A stretch of 64,000 nucleotides of DNA. It comes from Dendrobates tinctorius (taxonomy: Eukaryota). This document shows positions 1 to 13,976 of this stretch, in pieces (position 1 is the stretch's first letter; every line of letters starts with the position of its first letter). The position numbers were made by a program, and so were the translations under genes. Where the stretch lies: contig NW_027361960.1 in NCBI RefSeq assembly GCF_039654945.1, positions 12,276,001-12,340,000 on the forward strand, in the 5' to 3' direction. The notes beneath the pieces are model-generated. The model saw only the letters and a list, made by a program, of their open reading frames with translations, had not been told where the DNA came from and ran no database searches.

Positions 1-1071
1 AACAACTTTTGGGCTCCAATTTCTCCTGTTACCCTTGGGAAAATAAAAATTGGGGGCAAAAATATCATTTTTCTGAAAAAAATAAGATTTTTTATTTTTA
101 CGGCACTACATTATAAACTTCTGTGTAGCACTTGGAGGTTCAGCATGCTCACCACACATCTAGATAAGTTCCTTAGGGGGTCTACTTTCCAAAATGGTGT
201 CACTTGTGTGTTTCCACTGTTTAGGCACATCAGGGGTTCTCCAAATGCAACATGGCGTCCGATCTCATTTCCAGACAATTTTGCATTGAAAAGTCAAACG
301 ACGCTCATTCCCTTTCCGAGCTCTGCCATGCGCCCATACAGTGGTTTACCTGCATATATGGGGTATCAGCGTACTCAGAACAAATTGTAAAATAATTTTT
401 GGGGTTCAATTTCTTCTGTTTCCCTTCGTAAAATAAAACAAATTGGATCTGAAATAAATTTTTTGTGAATAAAAGTTAAATGTTCATTTTTTTTAAACAT
501 TCCAAAAATTCTTGTGAAGCACCTGAAGGGTTAATAAACTTATTGAATGTAGTTTTGAGCACCTTAAGGGGTGCAGTTTTTAGAATGGTATCACTTTTGG
601 GTATTTTCTATCATATAGACCCCTCAAAGTGTCTTCAAATGTGATGTGGTCCCTAAAAAAAATGGTGTTGTAAAAATAATGAATCGCTGGTCAACTTTTA
701 ACCTTATAACTTCCTAACTAAAAAAATTGTTTCCAAAATTATACTGATGCAAAGTAGACATGTGAGAAATGTTATTTATTAAATATTTTGTGTGACGTAT
801 TTCTTTGTTTTAAGAGCATTAAAATTCAAAGTTGGAAAATTGCGAAATTTTCAAAATTTTCGCCAAATTTTTTTTTTCACAAATAAACGCAAGTCATATC
901 AAAGAAATTTTACCACTGTCATGAAGTATAATATGTCACGATAAAACATTGTCAGAATCACCAGGAACCATGGAAGCGTTCCAGAGTTATTACCTCATAA
1001 AAGGACAGTGGTCAGAGTTGTAAAAATTGGCCTGGACATTAACATGCAAACTACCCTTGGGCGTAAAGGGG
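1..1071 (-). mobile_element. End of a TTAA-flanked non-autonomous DNA transposon (piggyBac/Kolobok-like), cut by the window start
   Basis: Ends ...gtaaagggg|TTAA (1072-1075). It is the reverse complement of the left end of the TTAA-flanked copy at 5849-8634. Confidence 0.8.
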
Positions 1072-1349
1072 TTAAAAGATGAAACCTGAGCTGTGATTGG
1101 TTGCTATGAACAACAGTTTTCCTTGTAACCAATCACTAAGTATATTTCATTTCACCAGAGTGTTTTAAAAGATGAAAGCTAAGCTGTGATTGGTTGCTAT
1201 GAGCAACAGATTTTGTTTAGACAGTTGTGGTAACTGAGGCCTATTATTCTTATAATTTCTATGGTGTTATCATCCTTCTGTAAAGCTGGTCACAATTTAT
1301 TACCATGCAGACACAGACCACCCTCTGACACAGACTGCAGGGGGAGCCC

Positions 1350-2010
1350 AGTATCACACAAGATAGGATTAGATACACGGCTCAGTAGACAGTATCAAAC
1401 AGGATAGTATAAGGGTATGTGCACACATAGTTTTTTGTCTCTGCGGATTTTATAGAGAAAACCGCAGGAAATCCGCAGGACAAAGTCCTGCGGTTTATCT
1501 GCGGTTTTGCCCTGCGGTTTTACACCTCATAATGGATGAGGTGTAAAACTGCAGCGTTTCTGCACCAAACAATTGACATGCTGCGTTTTGAAAACCGCAG
1601 CAAAACCGCGCAGAAAAAAACGCAGCATGTGCACAGCTTTTTTTTATTTCCATAGGAAATAAAGGTACTGTACAACGCAGCAGAATCTGCTGCGTTTCTG
1701 CAGAGCCAAAACCGCTGCGGAAACGCAGCAGAAACCGCAGAGTGTGCACATAGCCTTAGATACACGGCTCAGCAGACAGTATCACACAGGATAGGATTAG
1801 ATACACAGCTCAGCTGTCAGTATTACAAGGATAGGATTAGATACACAGGTCAGCAAACAGTATCACACAGGATAGGATTAAATACACGGCTCAGCAGACA
1901 GTATCACACACAATAGGATTAGATATACGGCTCAGCAGACTGTATCACACAGGAGGGGATTAGATACATGGCTCAGCAGACAGTATCACACACGATAGGA
2001 TTAGATACAC
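1350..2010. repeat. About 41-bp minisatellite (ggataggattagatacacggctcagcagacagtatcacaca), interrupted by a MITE
   Basis: Tandem units visible directly, e.g. gatacac at 1759 and 1800. Confidence 0.9.
1413..1755. mobile_element. PIF/Harbinger-type (Tourist-like) MITE
   Basis: TIRs gggtatgtgcacac / gtgtgcacatagcc with TWA flanks (taa 1410-1412, tta 1756-1758), inserted at the TTA of a minisatellite unit. Confidence 0.8.
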
Positions 2011-3036
2011 AACGAAAGGAAAAACCAAAAATGTTTATCAAAAGGCTCTTGAATGAGTTGAAAATAAAATACTATCAAGGGTAATCATTTAGTTAATTTT
2101 TGTTGCAAATCTGTAGTGTTGAATATATGATGTGAAATGTTTTTCTGTGAAATATAATCAATATAATTTGTTTTAATTAACCACAGTTAGTTACTATGCC
2201 CAGGCAACGCCGGGCTCTTCAGCTAGTCCCCAATATTTCTCTTAAGGGACTTACCTGCACCTAAGACTATATGCACACAATGATCTCCTCCTTCTCACCT
2301 GGTGTCACTACTCTACAAGCTGCTGCTGAGAATGGGAGGGGTTAAACCATTTACATCTGCTTGAGAAGCTGAGCTACAACATACAGTTTAGTAAAATAAT
2401 TAACCCCATTCCTTCCCAACATTGGACCTACCGGTATGTCGTATTTTGCAGTGTGTTTCAGCAAATGAACTTGCTGGTACGTCTTGGTGATTATGTGTGC
2501 ATATGAACTGTACCCACACAATCACCATCAGGTGCTCCGCTTATATAGCTGAGTCCCTGCTGTAATAGCCAGACCAAGTGAAATCTCTGTCCCTGGTTAT
2601 TTAACACTCTAAATGCCGTGATCAATAGCACTTGCAGCATGTAGATGGTTGAGAGAGGGAAGAGGCATTGGAATATTTTTTTTTTAAAAAACAAAATACA
2701 AAATAAAGAACAAAAAAAGTTGTAAAAAATATTTTATCAACAAATACACATTCATGTAAAAAAATGAACAAAAAATTACACATTCCGTATATACTCGTGT
2801 ATAAGATTTTCAGCACTTTTTTTTGCTGAAAATGCCCCCCTTGGGTTTATACATGAGTCAGACATCAATACTCACTCTCCGTCTCTGGATCTCCATCCCA
2901 GCATCTCCATTTTCTGGTGCCGGCAGCTTCTTCCTGTGCAGAGCGGTCACGCAGTACCGCTCATTAAGGTAATGAATATGCACGTGTCTCCACTCTCATA
3001 GGCGTGGAGCGCATATTCATTACCTTAATGAGCGGT

Positions 3037-4472
3037 AATAATAATAAATAATAATCTTAATTTATATAGCGCCAACATATTCTGCAGCGCTTTACAATTT
3101 AGCAGTTTCAATACACAAGTCACAAGCAGCAACGTTAGCAATACAATAATTAAAGCAAAATAAGATGACCCTGCTTGTGAGAGCTTACAATCTACAATGA
3201 GGTGGGAGAGATACAAAGTACAGGTGTGTATTTACAATGGCGCATTTACAATGATGGTCCAGCTATCTTGAGGGAGTGAGGGATAGACGGAGTGAATGGG
3301 CTACACACGCACACTTACACATAAAATTACATTGATTAGTGAACGTGATAGGCCGCTTTGAACAAATGTGTTTTGAGGGAGCGCCTAAAACTATGCAAAT
3401 TGAGGATAGTCCTAATTTCTTAGGATAGAGAATTCCATAGGATTGGCGCAGCTTGGGAGAAGTCTTGAAGTTGGGAGTGGGAGGTACGGATTAGTGCAGA
3501 GGTTAGTCGAAAGTCTTTTGCAGAGCGCAGCGGTCGGTTAGCCCTATAGACAAAAATAAGGGAGGAGATGTAGGGGGTGGTGCACTGTGGAGAGCTTTGT
3601 GGGTGAGAACAAATACTTTGAATAGGATCCTATAATGAATGGGCAGCCAATGTAAGGACTGGTGAAGAGCGGACTTGTCCGAGTACCGATTAGCCAGATG
3701 GAGGACCCTGGCTGCTTCATTAAGTATGGACTGGAGAGGGGATAGTCGAGTACCGGTGAGGTCAATTAATAGAGCGTTGCAGTAGTCCAGGCGTAAGTGG
3801 ATCAATGCGACATTGAGGGTTTTTGTTGTTTCCATGGTGAGAAAAGGGGCGATTCTAGAGATGTTCTTTAGGTGTAAGCGGAAAGAGTGGGCAAGAGATT
3901 GTGTATAGGATGTGAAGGAGAGATTGGTGTCAAACATAACACCCAGACAGCACGCCTGCTGCTGGGGTGTTATTATGGTGCCACCCATGGAGAGGGAAAT
4001 GTCAGATTTAGGGAGGTTAGTAGACGGCGAGAGCAAAAGAAGTTCAGTTTTTGAATTTCAGATAGAGAGCGGACATGATGTTGGAGACTGCGGACAGACA
4101 GTACAGTACAGTACAGCGGGGGTAAGATTGGGGGATGACATGTATAGTTGTGTGTCATTAGCATAAAGATGGTACTGAAAGCCAAATCTGCTGATGGTCT
4201 GTCCAATTGGGACCGTGTAGAGAGAGAAGAGAAGGGGGCCAAGGACTGAGCCCTGCGGTACCCCAACAGTGATAGGAAGAGGAGATGAAGTGGAGCCAGC
4301 AAACAAAACACTGAAGGAGAGGTCAGAACGATAGGAAGAGAACCAGGAGGGAGCAGGGTCTTTAATGCCTAGTGACTGGAGCCTAGAGTAGGAGACGGTG
4401 GTCAACAGTGTTGAAAGCTGCAGAAAGGTCAAGGAGAATGAACAGAGAGTGATCACCATTATATTTTGCTGT
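3037..4472 (-). mobile_element. 5'-truncated degenerate L2-clade LINE (RT C-terminal part and 3' tail)
   Basis: Motifs [38 protein letters not shown] (YADD), RLDYCNALL and LHWLP across frameshifted ORFs. 3' end gcgctatataaat followed by a (TTA)n-like tail at 3037-3075. Confidence 0.9.
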
Positions 4473-4518
4473 ACCACGTGACCGCTCTGCACAAGAAGAA
4501 GCTGCCAGCCCCGGGACA

Positions 4519-5298
4519 ATGGAGAATCAGGGAAGTGCAGAGACCGCGCTAAGAGGGGGTAAGTAATTATCTGAGGGGATTTTGGCGAATTTCTGTAAGT
4601 CCCTTAAAGACACTATCGCTGATGGATTCGATTCACAAAAGAGTCTGATTCGGGACGTATGTGATAAGTTTACTAGTAGATTTGAAATTAATGAAAGCAG
4701 GATATCGCAAGTCAAAGACAGGACGGAGACTCTTGAGCGACAGAATCTGTCCTTGAAGGAGGAAATCTGCATTATAAAATCTAAGCTGACGGACTTGGAG
4801 GACAGAAGCTGTCGCAATAATCTTAAATTTAGGGGGATTCCGGAGTCTGTTGCCCAGGGGGATCTCTCAGAATATGTTAAGTCCCTCTTCAAGAAAGCTA
4901 TCCCCTCACTCTCTGACATCCAGTTAACAATAGACCGGATACATAGGCTACCTCGGCCGAGGGGCATCCCTCAGGATAAGCCGAGGGATACTATCTTGCG
5001 GCTATTGTTCTTCGAAACTAAAGAAAAACTCTTAAAACTGGTTAGGGATAGAGGGACACTCCCAGCCCCCTTTGAGCATATCAAGGTTTTTGCAGACTTT
5101 TCCCGCAATACAATGGAAGCAAGAAAAAGCTTCAGAGAGGTTACAATTAATCTACGAGACCTGGATATCGCTTATAGATGGGGTTTCCCCACAAGGCTCA
5201 TAGTGTGGTACAAGGGGAAAAACATTTCCTTGTTGAACGTTGAAGAAGGTAAAGACTTTCTTGCTCATGTTCAAAAGAAGCTGAAAGACAAAGGATGA
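4519..5298 (+). pseudogene. L1 ORF1p (coiled coil + RRM + CTD, Transposase_22-like)
   Basis: LEDRSCRNNLKFRGIPE, IDRIHRL, PRDTIL and YRWGFP motifs. An in-frame ATG at 4519 is followed by a premature TAA at 4564. Confidence 0.88.
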
Positions 5299-5848
5299 AC
5301 TAGGTAGATAAATTCCATCTTAAGAATTATAACTAAGTTAATTTTACTGTTTAAATGGAACTAAAATCGTATTGGCCCCACGGCTTTTTTCGCCACTTCG
5401 ATTTTACCCCAGCTCTAGGTTGGAAACCAGGACTGGTTTCTACCAGGAGTTCTTCATCTTCTTTGTTTATTTTTGTTGTTTGCATAAGTTTTTCTTATAC
5501 TTTAAGTTTAGATAGAATAATTTAAATGGACATAAATATTTTGTCCTATAATGTTAGGAGATTGAACAGTCCTTTAAAAAGACACACCACCTGGAGAGAA
5601 ATTAAATTTTATAAAGTGGACATAATATGTCTCCAAGAAACAAAATTCGCTAGAAATAACCACCCTCCCTTCCAACATAAAAAATTCCCCATTGCGTTCG
5701 AAGCATTTGGAACCAATAGGAAAGCAGGGGTAATGATCATTATTAAAGAAAATGTAGATTTCCAATTGATTGTAGAAGAGGCAGATCTTAAAGGCAGGTA
5801 TCATATCTTGGTTTGCAAACTGAACAAGCATATTTTTACGATAGTTAA

Positions 5849-8634
5849 CCCCTTCACTACCAAGGGTGGTTTGCACGTTAACTACCGGGCCAATTTTTAC
5901 AATTCTGACCACTGTCCCTTTATGAGGTCATAACTCTGAAACGCTTCCGTGGATCCTGGTGATTCTGACACTGTTTTCTCATGACATATTGTACTTCATG
6001 TTAGTGGTAAAATTTCATTCATATAACTTGCGTTTATTTATGAGAAAAACGGAAATTTGGCGAAAATTTTGAAAATTCCGCAATTTTCCAACTTTGAATT
6101 TTTATTCCCTTAAATCACAGAGATATGGCACACAAAAAAGTTAATAAGTAACATTTGCCACATGTTTACTTTACATCAGCACAATTTTGGAACCAAAATT
6201 TTTATTTGTTAGTAAGATATAAGGGTTAAAAGTTGACCAGCGATCTCTCATTTTTGCAACACCATTTTATTTTTACGGACCACATCACATTTGAAGCCAC
6301 TTTGAGGGGTCTATATGATAGAAAATACCCAAAAGTGACACCATTCTAAAAACTGCACCCCTTAAGGTGCTTAAAACCACATTCAAGGAGTTTATTAACC
6401 CTTCAGGTGCGTCACAGGAATTTTTTGAATATTTAAAAAAAATTAACATTTAACTTACTTCAGGTTCAATTTTTTTTATTTTACCAAGTGTAACAGGAGA
6501 AATTGGACTGCAAAAATTATTATGCAATTTGTCCTGAACACGCTGATACCTGATATGTGGGGGGGAACCACTGTTTCGGCGCATGGCAGAGCTCGGAAGG
6601 GAGGGAGCGCCGTTTGACTTTTTCAATGCAAAATTGGCTGGAATTCTGATCGGACGCCATGTCGCGTTTGGAGAGCCCCTGATGTACCTAAACAGTGGAA
6701 ACCCCCCACAAGTGACCCCATTTTGGAAACTAGACCCCCCAAGGAACTTATCTAGATGTGTGGTGAGAACTTTGAACCCCCAAGTGCTTCACAGAAGTTT
6801 ATAACGCCCAGGCGTGAAAATAACAAAAACATTTTTTTCCACAAAAATGATATTTTTGCCCCAAAAGTTGTTTTGCAAATTGTCCTGAGTAGGCTGATAC
6901 CCCATATGAGGGGGTAAAACACTGTTTGGGTGCATGGCAGAGCTTGGAAGGGAAGGTGCACCATTTGACTTTTTCAACGCAGAATTGGCTGGAATTGAGA
7001 TCAGATGCCATGTTGCGTTTGGAGAGCACCTGATGTGCGCAAATAGTGGANNNNNNNNNNNNNNNNNNNNNNNNNNNNNNNNNNNNNNNNNNNNNNNNNN
7101 NNNNNNNNNNNNNNNNNNNNNNNNNNNNNNNNNNNNNNNNNNNNNNNNNNNNNNNNNNNNNNNNNNNNNNNNNNNNNNNNNNNNNNNNNNNNNNNNNNAT
7201 AAATACATTTTTTTAATTTTATTATTTTTCCCTAACTAAGGGGGTGATAACGGGGGGTTTGATTTACTATTTATGGCGGTTTTTATGTTTGACAGCTGTC
7301 GCACGCTAAAAGACGCTTTTTATTGTAAAAATAGTTTTTGCATCACCACATATTGAGAGCTATAATTTTTCCATATTTTGACCCACCGAGTCATGTGAGG
7401 TCTTATTTTTTGCGGGACAAGTTGATGCTTTTATTCATATCATGTTTGGGCATGTGACATTTTTTGATCGCTTTTTATTTCATTTTTTGGGACGCATAAT
7501 TTACAAAAACCAGCGTTTCATGAATTTCTTTTGGGTGGTGCGTTTACGCCGTTCCGGGTGCGGTAAAATTTATAAGGCGGTTTTATTCTTCGGGTCAGTA
7601 CGGTTACAGCGATACCTCATTTAGGTCTTTTTTTATGTTTTGGCGCTTTTATGCAATGAAAACAATTTTATATAAAAAATAATTATTTTTGCATCACTTT
7701 ATTCTGCGAGCTATAACTTTTTTATTTTTTCGCTGATGATGCTGTATGATGACTCGTTTTTTGCGGGACAAGATGACGTTTTCAGCGGTACCATGGATAT
7801 TTATATGCGTCTTTTTGATCGCGCGTTATTGCACTTTTTGTTCGGCGGTATGATAATAAATCATTATTTTTTGCTTCGTTTTTTATTTTTATTTTTTAAG
7901 GGGTTCGCTTAAGGGGTTAACTATTGGGACAGTTTTATAGGGCGGGTCGTTACGGACGCGGCGATACCAAGTATGTGTACTTTTATTGTTTTTTTTTTTA
8001 TTATTTCCAAAAAATGAATTTATTGGGGAATATTTTTTTTTTATTATTTTTTTTATTTGGCGATTTTTTTTTAATTATTTTTACACTTTTTTTTATTTTT
8101 TTTTACTTTATTACAATGTCCCAGGTGGGACTTCACTGTCCTGTGACAGATCACTGATCTGTCACATCACAGACCACTGTGACAGATCAGCGATCTGTCT
8201 CAGGCACTGCACAGGCTTCCTCATGCTTGCGCTTTGCAGGCACTGTGGAAGCCAGCTTCCTGCAGGCCCCCGGAGGTCCCCGTCGCCATATTGGATCCGG
8301 GGGCCTGGAGGAAAGGAGTCCCCCGCAGCAGCGCTGCACATTGCGCTGCCGTGGGGGGCTCAGGGAAGCAAGGAGGGAGCCCCCTCCCTGCCGATGCTTC
8401 CCTTTAACCCCCGGTACACCGCGATCGTGTTTGATCGCGGTGTGCAAGGGGTTAACGTGTCGGGGGCGGTCCGTGACCGCCCCTGACACATTGTGCCGGG
8501 TGTCAGCTATGATAATTAGCTGACACTCGGCCGCGATCAGCGGCGCTCACCACGTGGGCGCCGCTGATCGCGATGACGTAATATTCCATCCATGGTCACA
8601 TGGACGGAATATTACGTCATTTGTAGGTAAGGGG
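5849..8634 (+). mobile_element. TTAA-targeting non-autonomous DNA transposon (piggyBac/Kolobok-like) inside the L1 endonuclease
   Basis: TTAA TSD at 5845-5848 and 8635-8638. Short TIRs ccccttcactac / gtaggtaagggg. About 350-bp internal tandem repeat near the N gap; no transposase ORF seen. Confidence 0.9.
7051..7198. other. Assembly gap (run of N)
   Basis: N run inside the internal tandem repeat of the TTAA element. Confidence 0.99.
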
Positions 8635-11302
8635 TTAATGTCTATGCTCCCCACATAAGACAATTTTATGTTTTTCAATAAACTGATTCGTAAAATTGAG
8701 AAAATTAAACAGGGTGAACTCTTATTAATAGGTGACTTTAACATGGTACCAGACAAATGTTTGGATTCACCCTCATCTGCTCGCTTGTCTTCATCCTCAT
8801 TGGATGACTGGTTAGTACTCAACGATGTTTTCAGATGCCTGAATTCATCTTCTAGAGAGTTCACACATTATTCCAGCACGCATAACTCATCTTCCAGAAT
8901 AGACCTGTTCCTTACGAACATCTTTTCCTTGTCAAAATTTCGGAAGATTTCAATTTTCAACAAATCTTTCTCAGATCACGCCCCATTACTAGCCCAGTTC
9001 AGGATAGGCCCTCCAACAACTAATACGTTTTTGTGGAAGGCTAACTCATCGCTTCTTAAAAATCCCAAATATAAAGACATTATAGAAGATTCTATCTACC
9101 ATTATTTTAATGAAAACTCAAAGGAGGATACTGACCCATTCATTCTATGGCAGGCTCATAAAGCCGTCGTTAGAGGCAAGCTTATACAATTGTTGACTAA
9201 ACACAAAAAAGAATTTAGAAAACAAATAATTGAGATACAGAAGAATATTAAGTTGAAGGAGGAACTCCAATCTAAATCACGTTTCCCGTCCTATATTCTT
9301 CATAAAGAAATTTTAAAGCTCCGGCAAGAGCTCAGTAACCAACTGATGTCAGAATACGACTCAGCCCTCAAGGCCTCTAAATTTACTTCCTATCTTTCCA
9401 AAAACAAACCCTCAAAATACATGATGGCCAAGTTAAAATTAGATCGTGTTAAAAAAAATATTTCCAAGATCCAATCGTCATCGGGAGTAATTAAAACACA
9501 TCCCCAAGACATAGCGAATACCTTTTCTGAGTATTTCGAATCTCTATATAATTTACATGAGGATCCCTCAACTCCCACCCCCAGTTTAAATTCCATAGAA
9601 TCCTTTATAAAGGGTCTAAAACTACCAAAAATTGATAAGCTAGATTTGGAACTCCTCCATAGGCCTATTGGAACTGAAGAAATTGCAAATACAATTAAGA
9701 ATCTCAAACCCTCAAAGGCCCCTGGGCCAGACGGTTTTGTAAATGAGTATTTTCAGCTTTTTTCCAGACTTTTATCTCCACAACTTCAGGTACTATTTAA
9801 GCATGTCACAGCTATAGGTAGTTTCCCAAAAAGCATGCTAGAAGCTACAATCATTATGATTGCCAAAGGAAAGGAGGGATTGGATAGGGTTTAAAATTTC
9901 AGACCGATATCACTGATAAATGGGGACATAAAAATTTTCGCTAAAATCCTGGCAGACCGCCTTAAAAATATTATTCCGAAGTTGATCAAAAATGACCAAG
10001 TAGGATTTATTGATGGCAAACAGGCCCCTGATGGGACGCGAAGAATTTTAAATATTTTAAATTTAATCAATTCCTCAAATACTCCTTCTATGCTCATATC
10101 CCTTGATGCCGAAAAGGCTTTCGATAGACTAAATTGGCTATTTCTTAAAAACACCCTCTCTTGTTTTGGCTTTGATAATAAATTTATTAGTAATATTTTT
10201 TCCCTTTACCATGAACCTAGTGCCAGAATCTATGTCAATAACCATCTATCCAAGCCTTTTATTATCAGTAACGGGACTAGGCAGGGGTGTCCCTTGTCAC
10301 CTCTACTATTTGCATTTGCAATCGAGCCTCTCGCGGAAGCCATTAGATCATCCCCATCGATATCAGGAATTGATACTAGAAGGTCCTCCCATAAGATTAG
10401 TCTGTTTGCAGATGACCTTTTCATATCGGTCACAAACCCAGTCGAATCTACTAATGTATTATTATCACTTCTAGAAAAGTTTAATAAAATGTCTTTCTTT
10501 AAGATTAATTCTCTTAAATCCAAAATTATGCCGTTTAACATGGCCCGGGAGGATGTAGAATGGGTCCTGCAAAGAACCAATTTCAAATTAGAAGAAAAAA
10601 GTTTACCTTATTTAGGAATTTCCATTACTTCCAGCTTACGCTCTATAGTGCCAGTAAATATTAAAACTCTCAAGGCTAACATCTCCAAAGATTTCTCATG
10701 TTTTAACTCTTTGGAACTTACACTTCTGGGCAGGATACTGACAGTTAAATCTATTATTTTGCCAAAAATATTGTATATTTTCCGAGCCATTCCGTTAAAA
10801 TTCCCTTTAAAGCTGATAGATAAGATACAAAACCTGATTAACCTATTCATTTGGGAAAACAAGAGACCACGAATAGCCAGGAACACTCTTTTTCGTCAAA
10901 AAATCCATGGGGGCTTGGCTGTCCCAAACATTTGGGCATACCAACAAGCGTATCTAGTTAAACATAGTCACCAATGGTTTACACAAAAGGATCATCCAGC
11001 ATGGATGGATCTGGAATTGGCGCAAATTAACTATAGTTCATTACGAGATACTTTTTTTAAATATATTCTCTCGTCTGTGAAAAAGCATAGACATCCTATT
11101 TATGATGCTATTTTTGAAGCGTGGAGTAAGTTTGCCAAACTTAAGAAAAATGATAATAGAGTTTCTGTTCTTAACAACCTGCCTCTCAAAACGATCACAG
11201 TCATATATGATTGCCCAATACCAAATGCCTGGCCCAATCATAATATAAAGAAAATTGGAGATCTCTATGATGGCATATGTATCAAGTCTTTCTCTTCTCT
11301 TA

Positions 11303-11698
11303 AGGGCCTGTCACACTAAGCGATATCGCTAGCAATATCGCTATAACTTGTGACGTTATAGCGATATTGCTAGCACTATCGCTGTGTCTGATACTTACCT
11401 ACGACCGGCTCCCCCGCTGGTTATCGCTGATCGCGCGAGAACGTCCTGGACCGTTTCTCATCGTCTACTTCCTGCGGCGCTTCCTGCTGTGACGACGAGC
11501 GACGCGTGGAGCCGGGCGGGAGGACGCAGGATCGCCTGGTGTGACAAGTAAGTTGCGATCCCCGTCTCCAGCGATGTCGCTGGTGAGATCTGCCTGTGTG
11601 GCAGCTCACTAGCGACCACTTAGCGATATACCAGCGATCCTGACCGCGTCATATCGCTGGTCGGGATCGCTGGTACATCGCTAAGTGTGACAGTACCT
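11303..11698. mobile_element. Harbinger-type MITE inside L1 ORF2
   Basis: TIRs agggcctgtcacactaagcgat / atcgctaagtgtgacagtacct. TTA TSD at 11300-11302 and 11699-11701. Excision restores the ORF2 frame. Confidence 0.9.
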
Positions 11699-12957
11699 TT
11701 AAGGACAGCTTTCATTTGCCCTCAGGTGAATTCATGTCTTATTTGCTGATTAGAGATAACCTTCAAAAGTTAATAAGCAGTAGAAAGTTAAATTTAGACG
11801 TGATTCTCTCATTAGTGGGCAACCCTGCTCTTGAAAGTAGATGGACTCTTAGGCGTATTTATCATTGTTTCAATAGAGATACAGTGTTTTCAATGACCAA
11901 TTATATGAAAAAATGGGAGTAAGATCTTAGATCACCCATTTCTGAGGAGCAGTGGAAATATGCCTTTAGGATTTCCAACAGATATACAATTTCTATGGGA
12001 CTACACGAGACTCATATGAAGGTAGCGCTCCGGTGGTACTACACACCTACGAGACTCATATAAGTGTGGATACTTCTCCATTGTGTTGGAGAGGCTGCCA
12101 TTGCAATGGAAATTTATTTCATATTTATTGGAGCTGCCCCAAGTTACATACACTCAGGTAAAGATGCATGTCAACTCACTGTCCAAAACCTTTATCGATG
12201 TCACCCCCTGTATGGCGCTTTTATCCCTAAACCTAGAGGGTATTAGTCCGACAGTCAAATTCGTGATGACGCACATATTCCTTATGGTAAAGAATTTTAT
12301 AGCGCAGTGGTGGAAGAAGCAGGATGCTCCTATTTTCTTGGATATAGTTAACACACTACGCACCCATAGTATAATGGAGGAAAAAATAGCTATCAACGCT
12401 GGTTCATTGAATCACTATCATTTGAAGTGGGAGGTGTGGAATAACAAATATAAAAGATTTGTTATGTCCTATTTTAAAGTCATGTAGGAATTGTTATCTC
12501 CTTCCTTGATGTCATGTATGAATTGTTGTGTCCTATTTTGAAGTCATGAGGGAATTGTTATGTCTTCCATTTTGTGTTTGAAGTCTGGTATATGATGGTA
12601 ATAATTCTTGTTTGTAATTGTATGATTTTACTATTTGTAAAATGGAGATCTCTATCTTTTGATTCCTTTCCCACTCCCCTTCCCTTCCTTTTTAAATTGT
12701 TAAATTTTAATAAAAAATTATTTGAAAAGAGGGGGTGAGTATGACGGGGGTGCCGATCCATGCATACAAGTCGGAGGTCGGGGGAGCCATGCATTCACGG
12801 GGGAGCCAAGCATACACGGGGTAGTACGGGGAAGCCATGCATACACGAGGGAGTTTGGGGGAGCCATGCATAGACAGGGAGTACGGGGAGCCATGAATAC
12901 ACGGGGGAGTACAGGGGAGACATGCATACACAGGGAAGTAGAGGGGAGCGATGCATA

Positions 12958-13976
12958 TGTAAGGGTCGGCCAGGACAATAGTCGTGGCCAGGGACACTAA
13001 AGCATCAGTGTCCAGGCCTTCCCTCACAGAAAAGTACAATCCACTGTTCGACGTACCTGTGTCTCCAGGTCCGGGTCCCCCCTGCGCACTTCTCAAGAAG
13101 CGATAACCCCTTTCCGAGGCGACTCCCAGTGACCGAGACACAGTCCATAGTAAGTTGAACAGTTTCTTTACTGACAACTTCACACAATATATCCACAGTT
13201 GGCACATCATTGATAACACATCCGTCATTATTTACTTCCTCAGCTTTCCCTACTTTGCTGACACTTCAATACGGCACGTACCCGGACTGGACCGTCTTAG
13301 AATACTTCCCAGCTTCTTCCTGGCCTAACCTTGCCATATGATAATTTCTTCTACCTGGATCACCCCAGAATTGAAATCAACTGCCACCAGGTTTAGTTGC
13401 CTCTGGAAAAGCATCCGACCCGTCTGTACTGCTCTCTGTGAAGCTACAGCATCCTTCTGTTCCTCACTGTCCGACTCCAGCCCTAAGAGCGTCTGCCCAG
13501 GCTATGAGTTTCCACATCTTCTCTACTGTTCTGGTTCACTGTACTGATGTCCAATAGCCGTGGATAACTTTCGTTACTTAATGTTGCGTGGCTGCCGAGT
13601 CGTCCTGGGTCTATAGCCCATGTGGACACATCAGGCAACCTGGCCCCATCTGAACTAACTTCCTTCTAACCTAGCCTTAATTCCCGACAGCCCCTCCTAC
13701 ACTTAACCCTATCCTACTAAGAGCTCTATATACTAAAGTGCTCCCTCTAGTGTCCAAAGGGTGCACTGCACTTTCGCTATCTAAAACATAGCATTATACA
13801 ATGGAACACAACATATTTACAGGAAATGGTAACACATATAACAGTGTGGCAATACCATTGATTCTGGGTGGTAATACATGACAACATGTAGTAGTACCAC
13901 CGGATTACAATAAATAAAACATTAAGAACACTAAAGGAGGCAGAGGAAGGAAATAGTATTATTCCACCCCTTTACA
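12958..13976. mobile_element. Solo LTR (Gypsy-like)
   Basis: Termini TGTAAGGG...CCCTTTACA. 4-bp TSD cata/tata (1 mismatch) inside a minisatellite unit. Shares motifs (tagtcgtggc, gtgctccc.ctagtg) with the LTR at 55513-56361. Confidence 0.8.

Larger units (their letters stand above)
1076..2226 (+). mobile_element. 3' part of a non-autonomous Helitron-like element
   Basis: GC hairpin gcccaggcaacgccgggc (2198-2215) followed by CTAG|T (2223-2227). The same terminus and the gctgtgattggttgctatg motif recur in reverse in 35816-37038. Confidence 0.6.
5526..12487 (+). pseudogene. L1 ORF2p (endonuclease + reverse transcriptase), interrupted and with stops
   Basis: SYNVRRL, LQET, GDFN, SRIDLF, SDH, KAPGPDG, FRPISL, DAEKAFD, GTRQGCPLSPLLF, FADD, YLGI. 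Removing the inserts restores TIVNVYAP and KSFSSLKDSFHL. Stops near 8656, 9892 and 11920. Confidence 0.92.
4473..12730 (+). mobile_element. L1-clade LINE, near full length, inactivated, with two nested DNA elements
   Basis: ORF1, ORF2 (APE endonuclease and RT), and a T-rich 3' UTR ending aataaaaa at about 12709. Confidence 0.92.

Noticed and set aside
6789-7239. ORFs spanning the N run
   Set aside because: Artefacts of the assembly gap.
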